Below the pieces are notes generated by a model, which had not been told where the DNA came from, searched no databases, and saw only the letters and a list, made by a program, of their open reading frames with translations. A stretch of DNA of 60,310 bases, the filler included, from Basidiobolus meristosporus CBS 931.73 (taxonomy: Eukaryota; Fungi; Basidiobolomycota): the NCBI GenBank assembly GCA_002104905.1. It is 4 parts of 4 records of this genome, joined end to end, with 100 filler letters (N's around TTAATTAATTAA, not from the genome) between each part and the next. Parts side by side here need not be neighbours in the genome. Positions count along the whole stretch, not along the records: positions 1 to 27,911 come from MCFE01000895.1; 3 more parts are not named here. One strand, given 5' to 3'. Positions 13,306 through 22,938 of this stretch are shown piece by piece. Positions within the stretch are counted from its first letter, which is position 1; the number at the start of each line of letters is the position of its first letter. The translations under genes were made by a program, and so were the position numbers.

Positions 13306-14594
13306 CTGCCATATACTCTGCCTTTGTAGTAGAAAGTGCAATGGTTGGTTTAATTCATGAATTCCATGAAATTGCTCCTTTGCTGTAAAGAAACATGTAT
13401 CCTGTGGTGGATCTTCTGTCCTCCAAGTTTTGTCCCCAGCCAGCAACAGAGTATCCCACATGATTCTATTCTGAATCCTTTTAAGTGTATCTTAAGCAGA
13501 TATCAGCAGCTCCTTTTAGGCACCTAAAAATCTGCTCAACAGCTGCAATATGATCAGATCCATAGTTCTAATTATGCTGGCAGACAACTTGAACTGAATA
13601 TGAGATATCTATATGTGCTCCAAGCATGATATACATCTGACTGCTGATTATAGAGTGATATGGAAGGTTAGGGCTTTCAGATGGCACCAAGCTCACTTGA
13701 TTTGGTTGAGTTTTTGACCAAGTCAAGGTTTGTCTCCATTGGGGTAGCTGCTGGTTTACAGTCTTCCATTTAGTACCTCTTTGGTATATCTTGAATATAC
13801 TTGGATTGACTCAGGGAGATAGTCTGGGTACTTCTGTCTATGGAGAGTCTATTCCCTAAGTAGTAACTGAGTTCCCCTAGATTGGTCATCTTGAGCTCCT
13901 GAGATAAGTTGCATTTAGTCTCTTCCAATGTTGCTAGGCTATTGGTGGCTATAATAAGATCATCTGTATATAGAGCTAATAGAACTGGACTGGCTCTATT
14001 AAGCCTATAGTAAATACTATAGTCAGCATTACTCCTTCTGAAACTCAAAGATTCCAAATAAGAATTTATATTGCAATTCCTGGCGTTAGGTGATTATTTG
14101 AGATCATATAGAAACTTTTTAAGCTTGCAGACCAAATGGGGGTTATCTTGGTCAACAGACCCATCAAGTTGGTTGATATACGCTTCCTCATCAAGTTCTC
14201 CATGCAAACATGCTGTTTTTACATCCATATGATGAATAAAAAACTTATATTTGGCTGCAATAGCCAATATCAATGTGATGGAATGAAACTTGGCCACCAG
14301 TGCAAAGGTCTCAGTATAGTCAAGCCCTTTTGATTGAGAGTATCATTTGCCCACAAGTCTTGCTTTGTATTTTTCAATTGAACCATCAGCCTTGTATTTT
14401 GTCTTAAAGACCCATTGGCATCCAATTGACTTTTGGTTGATTGGTGATTTGACCAAGTCCCAAGTTTGTGTTTCAATCATGGCCTGATATTCCTCATTCA
14501 TTGCAGATATCCAAAACTTTGTCTGAGGGCTATTTAGGGCCTCTTTTACAGTCTGGGGCTCATCAATATGGACTGAATAGGCATAGGCTAAGTT

Positions 14595-14942
14595 TGTTGT
14601 AAGAGTCTTGGAGATATTGGAGGTGATTGGGAGGACAAGTAGATTATGTGGTTTTCACTTAATGATTTATTGAATGCCAAGGTATTGTTTATACTTTTAC
14701 ATGGTCTTGGCATAGCAAAAATGTAGAATAGGTTAAGGAAGGTCCCAAGAACATGTGTGCAAAGTTTGGGGCTGTTTGGACAACTTTGAGAATTTTCATG
14801 TCCTGGGTACCTGGTATTTTGGTGAAATATTTTAAGTAAATCCCAACAAGGAATTTGGTCAGTATTCTCTAGGATATGAAGGTAATGATCTAAGTGACTA
14901 AGTTAGGTGAATATTTAGGTGGAAATACAAATTTTTACAACA
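14595..14942 (-). repeat. Copia family A solo LTR nested in A2
   Basis: 348 bp, TG..CA, 5-bp TSD AAGTT (14590-14594, 14943-14947). Confidence 0.93.
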
Positions 14943-17167
14943 AAGTTTGTACCCTCATTTATATAGTAATTTGGGCTATATCTTGCCTGATTGGATCTCT
15001 GGGCATTTGATACTGGAATGATCACTTCTTGGATATTCCTGGGCACTGCTTCAGGCTGAACCATAGTTGTAGAGTCCTCTGGAGTGAAAAAGTTCTGTTG
15101 TTTTGCTCTGATTCAATTTTGACAATAGTAGACTTGAGATCAGATTTTTGTCATCATCTGATGTCATTTTTTTGAATATTTTGACTTTGCATCAAACAAT
15201 ACACCCCTGGACCTGAATAGCTTCTTAGCTTTGGTATTGCAGAGTCTGTGTTCTTTACTCTCATTGCAGTAGCCCAAAAATATGCATTTTATACTTATTG
15301 GCTCAAATGGTGATTGATTTCCAGGCAGTTTCTTGGCATATAGTGTATACCCAAGTATTCTTAGATGCTCTGCATGTGGTCTGTATCCATACTGTGCTTC
15401 AAATTGAGTAAAATTATCAAATATTCTGTTATAACTCCTAGTTTTAAGGTATGCAGCTGTGGCAACTGATTCTGCCCAAAAATTATAGGATAATTTCTGA
15501 TCAGGTATAATAGATCTTGCCATATCAGTTATTGATCTGTTTGCATGTTCTGCTATTCCATTTTGCTGTGGGGAGTATGGCACAGTAGTCTCTTGCTTTA
15601 TCCCCAGAATTTTGCAAAAGTAGATGAAGAGTTTTAAGGGATATTCTCAACCATTGTCAGAGCGCATTTTCTTGATTTTGTAAACAGTTTCTCTCACCAC
15701 CATGATTTTAAACCCCCTGAACTTGGACAGAGCTTCTTCCTTTCTCTCCATGAAGTAGACCCATGTGTATCTTGTATAATCATCAATAAAAGTGATTAAA
15801 TACTTCATCCTGCTTAAGGATAAATCTTGCATAAGTCCACACAGATCTGAGTGAATTAGATCTAATTTTTTCTTAGTTCTGAGTAGCCCAGAGCTCTTGA
15901 ACAGTTGTCTGGCTTGTTTCTCACATATGCAGGCTTCACAGTGCTCCAAATTAGCTGGGGGATCAATTTTTACTCAGGAAATCAGCCAATCTTTGATCAT
16001 TTTGTGCAAATAATCAAAGTTGATGTGCCCAAATCTCCTATGCCCAAGCACTGCTATTTCTGCATTAAGGTTACCTATATTGCCTTCCAGATATGACAAA
16101 ATATAAGTCAACCTGTATAGACTCTGATCTCTGATACCCATAGCAATATGGGCATCATTTTGATCAGTGATCCTGAATCCAGAATTGTCAAAGCTGAAAC
16201 TGAGTCCTTGTGCTGTGGCCTTGCCTTTAGATAGCAGGTTCATGGCTATTTCTGGTACAGAGGATACTTCTTTAAAGGTCAGTGTATGGCTTTCTTCACT
16301 GCTTCTAAGGTTACTTGGATAGCTCCTTCTCCCACTGCATCAAGTGTGCTATTGTCACCCATGAAAACCTTCTTAATTGGAATTTCTTGATATTGGGTAT
16401 ATAGTTCTTTTTGGTGTATAGAGTGTTAAGATGCTCCCAAGTCAATATACCATGTCTGAGAATCCTTGTTTGTGGTCATATTTAGGGCCAATATGAATTG
16501 CTTATCTTCAGTTGTTGCAGCATTTCCATAATCAGGCTTTTTCTGCTGACTCTGTCTCTTTTTGAAGCACCAGTCTGATGTTTGTCCTTTCCTTTTGCTG
16601 TAGTTGCAAAATAGGCAGCTGTTGCCTTTGAAAGGTCTTGGGTATCTTCTTTGTTGGTTATCATTGCTTGTGAAAGCATTTTCTTCTTCCTTCTTATTGG
16701 TGCTAGATTTTCTTAATTCTTCATCCAGGAGCCTTCCATTAAGGTAATTTTAAGGTCAAATCCTCAGTTCTGGACTCTAGGGCTGATACAAGGCCCTGAA
16801 GCTTGTCTGTCAGGCTATTCAGGATGGTAAATATCACATCTTCATCAGTAGTTGGTATGCCCACAGATTCCATCTCATCCACCAGCAGGACAATTCTGTT
16901 TATTAGATTTTTCATTTCTTCTCCTGGCTGCATATTTGTAGTAAAGGATTTTTGTCTCAGATAAATTTTCTTAGCAGGTGAACATGACTGGAAGGTGTCC
17001 TCTAACACTTTCCAGGCATTCTTTGTCATTTTTGCTCTTGAGCATTGAATTAGCAATTTGTCTTTAACATTAAGGTACATGCAGTTAAAGACACTTTGTT
17101 CTTTCTTCTGGTACTCTAAGGCTACCTCTACCACATTTCTAGGAGGGCATTCTACTTCTATGACAAT

Positions 17168-17378
17168 AGACTTGTTCCATTGTGCCATTGATCATAGTGC
17201 CGGAAAGTGCTGTATATTTTGTTATTAATTTGATATTTTAGAGTCATATGCATGTAAATTTTGATCCCAAATTGGCACTTTATGGCACTATCTGGCACTC
17301 TGTGGCATGATCAGGCACCATCTGGCATGCTATGGCATTATTGGGCACTATGATCAGCTGGAATGATGGAACAAGTCT
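17168..17378. mobile_element. MITE 1 (211 bp), non-autonomous relative of the AAT-targeting DNA transposon
   Basis: TIR AGACTTGTTCCAT...ATGGAACAAGTCT; flanks AAT/AAG (mutated TSD, judged against empty copia gag site near 35635-35646); internal GGCAC array. Confidence 0.9.
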
Positions 17379-17597
17379 AAGATCCCAACGGCCTCTTTCT
17401 TGTAGCAGCATCTTTATCTCACCTTCCGCACTTGGTAGTTAGAACCATCCAACTTTTCAGCAGAAGGAAAAATTCCAGTAATAGAGGTAGTGGACATTGC
17501 GGAGAGTGACAGCCTGGGGCTCATAACCTGTTGTAAGCATCTTGAAGATATTGGAAGTGATTGGGAGAACAAGTAGATTATGTGGTTTTCATTTAAT

Positions 17598-17808
17598 AGA
17601 CTTGTTCCATTGTGCCATTGATCATAGTGCCAGAAAGTGCTGTATATTATGTAATTAATTTGATATTTCAGGGTCATATGCATGTCAATTTTGATCCCAA
17701 ATTGGCACTGTATGGCACCATCTGGCACTCTGTGGCATGATCAGTCACCATCTGGCATGCTATGGCACTATTGGGCACTATGATCAGCTGGAATGATGGA
17801 ACAAGTCT
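17598..17808. mobile_element. MITE 2 (211 bp)
   Basis: Same TIRs as MITE 1, highly similar interior; AAT on both sides; right AAT (17809-17811) shared with the 3.4 kb element. Confidence 0.92.
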
Positions 17809-17994
17809 AATAGACTTGTTCTGTTGGATAGTGCCACGTAGTGCCAGCCTGTTTATGGTGCCGGATTGATCTGGCACTCTACGGCACTATCTGGCACTAT
17901 AATTTCTACCATGATGCCAGTGGTATGATACAGTTACTGGTAATTTTACTCAATCTTACTTATGTTGCTCAGAATAGTGCTTTCCTTGCTTTAT

Positions 17995-18879
17995 TTACTC
18001 TTTATAATGCTCCAGACACATTTCTCTCAGTTGATGTCTTCTTGTATGAACATACTGTGCATTGATAAGTATCTTAACTATTTTACCTAATCTGCTGTTT
18101 TCACCTATATATTACTTTCCTCTGTATTTACCTGCCAATATGCTGATTCTCTTCAGATATCCAAATGTGTGCTCTACCCTTTCTCTGAAATGATTAAATA
18201 TCTCATTGTAGAGCTTCTGCTTCCTGCTAAGCACACCACTCCTTGGCTTCCTATAAGCTGTAATACATCCTAATCTCTGACAATCCTCTCCTATATAGGC
18301 TAAGTCTGCCATACATCTCTCCCCTCTACTGAATTCAGGATGATTCTCTACCCAGAGTGCTTTGTCATGCCTACTTCCAGCAAATGGCCCACTAAACCAG
18401 ATGATGTTACCCTCAATGTCAGAGAGTGCTTGAAACTTCACACAGTGTTCCTTGTACTTGCCAGAATAAAAGTGCCTCTGCCCTCTAGAAGGTCTGTTAA
18501 TCCTCACTGGGAAGGTATCCAAGATACTCCTGACATGGAACCTGTTGCTGAACACTCTGGGATATGAAAGTCTATTGGAGCTTCTGAACCTAGTATTCCA
18601 AGCTTGCTCTAAGTCATTCATACCCTCTGCAAGGTGGTTCTCCATTGCTGTCAGCTGGGAATGAAAGCTTCTAGGACTTTTGTTGCCATGGATGGTGGGA
18701 TGAAACCTTGTAGGGCAATAGCTCTTGTAATAGCAGAGAAGCTTAACAAGGGATCTCCTTGAGTAGATTGGGGTTGATGGTCCACAGTACTTGGAATAGA
18801 TCTCCTCTAGTGTGTCAAAAGGAAATCCAGTGGTAGTGATGGGATTGATGAGAAAAGACCATTCAGATGAGTAAGTCAT
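17995..18879 (-). pseudogene. DDE transposase of copy 1, premature stop at 18112-18114
   Basis: 255-aa ORF nearly identical to the N-terminal part of the 294-aa ORF at 41700-42584; TCA in copy 2 is TAA here. Confidence 0.88.
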
Positions 18880-19331
18880 ATTAAAATAGATGGATGATTA
18901 TATGGAGGCGGTTTGAATTGATTTGGGGCAATCTGCATTATTTATCTGATTTTTAACACATTATGGTTAAATCTCCATCAATTGCCATGTATCCCATCAT
19001 TATGTTGCAAAAATCATCCGCAAACAATGCCTTGGTACTTTTATTGATGCTTTAATCTTAGGTCTATAATCAAATAGGAAATCTGTGATTGATGTGATCT
19101 GATCCGTGTCAATGCAATCCAAGATGCATCATGCATAATATATGGAAAATACAACAATCACTTTAGTTTTCATATATATTTCATATAAGACTAGGTTGAT
19201 GCCAATATACTGCTGTATAAGTATCCAAGTCGGTTGCTATGGTCCCCATACCAAGCCTCAACTCATCTTTAGTACAACCCAGACAAAACCCATCCCCCAG
19301 CTCACAAGTGTGGTCCGGACCAGAAAAGTCT

Positions 19332-20462
19332 ATGTTGGATCCGTTTGAGTTCTTGCCAAATGATTTTAGTATGGCCCAAGTGTCTATGATGAGCCTTCAT
19401 ACAGATATTTGCGCACTACTGATTAATCTAGCAGAACTAGATACCTCAGAGAGTTGACAAAGATGGAAGAATTTGAGTAGAAAGCTGCGGCATGAGTTCT
19501 ACATCAAGATGCCAGCCAATGTATGTAAAAAGATATATAACAAGACAAGTATTGAAATCAAGAATGAGCTGAGGGTGAGGGGATTTGACAAAGAAGCCGC
19601 GCGGGAACAATTTTGCGCGCAACTTGCACAGTACGGGCCAGACGCGTCCGTTTGTGCCTCAACTTTGGGAACCAAAGAGATTTTGAATGAGTTTTTGCCT
19701 CAAATGACTAATGTACTACGTGATATATTAGTAGAGCTAAGTGGCTTCTAAGAGCAATATACACAGGACTCATCCAGGCAACAGCTCTAAAGTATCAGAC
19801 AGAGGGTAAGTGAATACCTTGAGGAATCAGATGGTGAGCTTCAGGAGGAAGAATACAGACCGCAAGCAACATTGTCCAGATCACGCCAGCACGCCTTGCT
19901 GGATTCCCTACCATCTCTTGCAACCACAGTGCGCCTGCGCACGTCAGTCCAGACCACGCCAACACCCTTTACCAGAATGTCCTGCGTTGAGTCAATGCAC
20001 GTGCTTCAGAGCAAAACTACGAGAACTTGCCAAACTGCTCATTTAGACACAAGTCCATTGGAGCGGACCAAGTTGCGTCAACATGCGGCATCACATCAAA
20101 CTCAGCCAAGGGCTATCTCAATGCGTCAAGGCATGCCTGCGTGGGCCATTTTGCCTGACCATCAGCGAGTTACTTCTGGTGAACTGACTGATGATGACCA
20201 ACATGAAGTGCCTCAACCACCGGAGCCCTTGGCAAGTAAAAGAACGCATCAGCGCGTGGTACTACAGGCCGGTTCAGTTGGAGCAATTCAGCACGGCCAA
20301 GCTGCAGCATTGCACTCATCAACTAGGAGGCAAAATACTGACTACAAATACACAAGTAGCCAAGATGATAGTCAGCCAGGAAGTAGTATAGGTGTGCAAA
20401 GTGAGTCACTACCAAATGCTTCAGTAGTAATCCCTGTGAGAAAAAAACCCAGGAGAAGATGA
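19332..20462 (+). pseudogene. Partner ORF2 of copy 1 (~375 codons, three in-frame stops, no frameshift)
   Basis: Continuous frame through EESDGELQEEEYRPQ to C-terminal VRKKPRRR; stops at codons that are CGA, CGA and CAA in copy 2. Confidence 0.75.
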
Positions 20463-22802
20463 TGCAATTGCTTTGAATTGCTCACATTTGTAATGATCCT
20501 GACAACCCTTTTTTTTTGCAATCCAAATTGAGCCATTGCAAATCAGTGATCATCAAATTTTTGATATAAGTAATATCAAGGTCATCTCACATTTGAGACA
20601 GAACCCCTATAAATAAACACCCTGCATATATATACGTCATCTGTAATACCAGTGCAGCTATTGGATCTGTTTTGCACCTACACAATTGCTTGCGTGCTAG
20701 CTATGACACCTTGTCCAATCACTAGGATCAGGGATTTACTTGCTCAATGGGCAAAATGGGATATTTGATGGCAAATCAGGTAGCTTTTTCAGTAGTCAAT
20801 GAGCCAATTGGGGGCTGCCAGCTTCAGGATACTTTTGGACCAATTAACCACTGAGATACCATCTAATTGGAGTGAGGGTAACCAAAATGGTAAGTATCAG
20901 TGTAGTTTATAGTGTGATACACATTTATTTCCATTTACATTAAAGAAACATATCCAAATACCGGATTTTACCTGCCATTATAGCGGTATCCAATTGCGCA
21001 CATGATGCAAACATTACAAGTTGGCGCAATCATCTGTGCCAACCTCATTGTGTCAGATTGTGCCATAGTGTGCGAGATTGTGCCGCATAGTGCAAAATCG
21101 TCCAAGAATGATCCTGCCTTCTGGTAGCTATAATATTGCGCCCAATTGTTCTTTACAACCGTGGATTGTGCCGCGCGCCCTGGCACGGTACAATGGAACA
21201 AGTCTAATTATTATTGAACATAAAAGTTGTATTTATACTTTTGTATAGTCTTGACATTACAAACATATAGAGTAGGCTAAGGAAGGTCCCAACAACATGT
21301 GTGCAAAGTTATGGACTGTTTGGACAACTTTGAGAATTTTCATGCTCTGGTACCTGATATATTGGTGAAAATATTTTAAGTAGATCCTAACAAGGAATTT
21401 GGCCAGTATTCTCTCGGATTTGAAGATAATGATCTAAGTGACTAAGTTACGTGAGTAGTTGGGTGGAATTGCAAATTTTTACAACAAGAAGGAGGCCATA
21501 GTTTCTTTTGATTTGAACTATAAGTGGAATACCCAAGGTAGTAGTGGGTAAGTAAGTAAAGAGGGGTAATTCTATAGTGGAATATATGAATTGTGCAAGA
21601 GGAGGTAGAAAAAGGAAATACCATCTGGTAAATTGGAATGGTAGCATTATACAGAACTAACTGTAGGCTGCCATACTGCCATAATGATGCCATCAGAGAC
21701 TTGCTATGGGGCTGTCAAAATACCGTTGTAGTGGGGTGACAGTGACACCCACTGACAGATGTGCTCATTCCCTTATTTTCTACTTCCCTATATCCCTACT
21801 ACACTCATTTTAGTTTTATCCCATTTGTCTTACCCAATCAGTACTATCCCATAAGCCGGTTGACTATCACACCTGCTTACCTTATTGCATAAGTTACCCC
21901 TCACTTTATGTAAGATTACTAGTTACAAGTGCTTCTATATTAGGCAAGTACCCGCGCCAGTACCTGTGACACATGATCAACCCGTGTCACCATCCCTACC
22001 ATTTCCATACCATATATGGTATCCCCATGTTACACAGGTTTCAGAATACTGATTCCTGATTGGTTGGATGTGCTGTGCCTCTTAGAACCTTCCGGCACCT
22101 ACTTAGAGCATTCTTAGGTCATTCTGATGTCATTAAGATTTCTATTGAACTCCGGAACCTTCTGGAACACCATGATTAGTAATCACTTAGCCAGTGAAGA
22201 AAAGTATATAAGGGAGGCTATCCCTCAACAATAAATCATCATCCCTTTTATCAATATACCGACTTGTTGATTAGTGTGATCACTGCTACCTGCTGCTACC
22301 TGAACTTCCAACCCTAGACCACAGGACACTCCCAGGAAACCGTGCTGACAGCCAACTGACCTTGGAGGCACTATTTGTGAGGAATACTCAGAGTAGGTAT
22401 CTTTTATTATATTTGATTCTTTCCCAAGTTTGTTCTTGTACAGGCAAAGATACTTTTCTGTCTTTGTAACTATTGACCAAAGCTGCATTCTTATCAAGTC
22501 CCTGCTGGTGGAGTTTACAGTTGTTTTGACTTTGGAAGCTTTAGTACATTGTCATCTCAAAGGACGCTGAACCCAGCACATACTTTTGTTAAGACGCCAA
22601 CTAAGTTGGGGATTGTAGCTCAATAGTTTTCCCTTGACAAGCTTGTGGCTTTATTCCCCTTCACATTAGATTAGAGACAGAACCCAAGTATTCCTAGCAA
22701 GCTTTTGCCAGAGGTTATCGCACCCAGTGAACACCCCACACACAAAACACTTGAGAAGTGTTGGACGTATCTCTCCCTTGGACCTATACACCACCACATA
22801 AT

Positions 22803-22819
22803 TGGCACCCAACGTGGGG
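22803..22819 (+). promoter_or_regulatory. Primer-binding site, tRNA-Lys type
   Basis: TGGCACCCAACGTGGGG versus the tRNA-Lys1,2 PBS TGGCGCCCAACGTGGGG used by several retroviruses (one CpG-type G>A change), 4 nt after the LTR. Confidence 0.8.
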
Positions 22820-22938
22820 GGTTCATACAAGCTCCCTAGGACCCAACAAGATTTACCTGAAGATTTGAGCTGTTATCCACCTATTGAAAAGAGACTACCG
22901 ATATTACAAAGATTACAACACCAACCTACCTGCCCAAC

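Larger units (their letters stand above)
17812..21205. mobile_element. Two-ORF DDE_Tnp_4 (PIF/Harbinger-ISL2-like, PHIS) DNA transposon, copy 1 (3394 bp)
   Basis: TIR AGACTTGTTC..GGAACAAGTCT; AAT TSD; collinear with 41517-44926; the host copia LTR resumes after 21208. Confidence 0.92.
11563..21486 (-). mobile_element. Copia family A element A2 (degenerate, full-length) carrying five nested insertions
   Basis: 3' LTR 11563-11910 with adjacent PPT; 5' LTR 17529-21486 split by MITE and DNA transposon; PBS 17517-17528; gag/IN/RT fragments 13770-17188; probable TSD AGAAG (11554-11558 and 21487-21491, with 4 extra nt on the left). Confidence 0.85.

Noticed and set aside
22225-22497. Antisense ORF recurring in family B LTRs (also 12810-13004, 55999-56271)
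   Set aside because: Recurs only because the LTRs are recent copies; length varies, not seen in B2, no motifs
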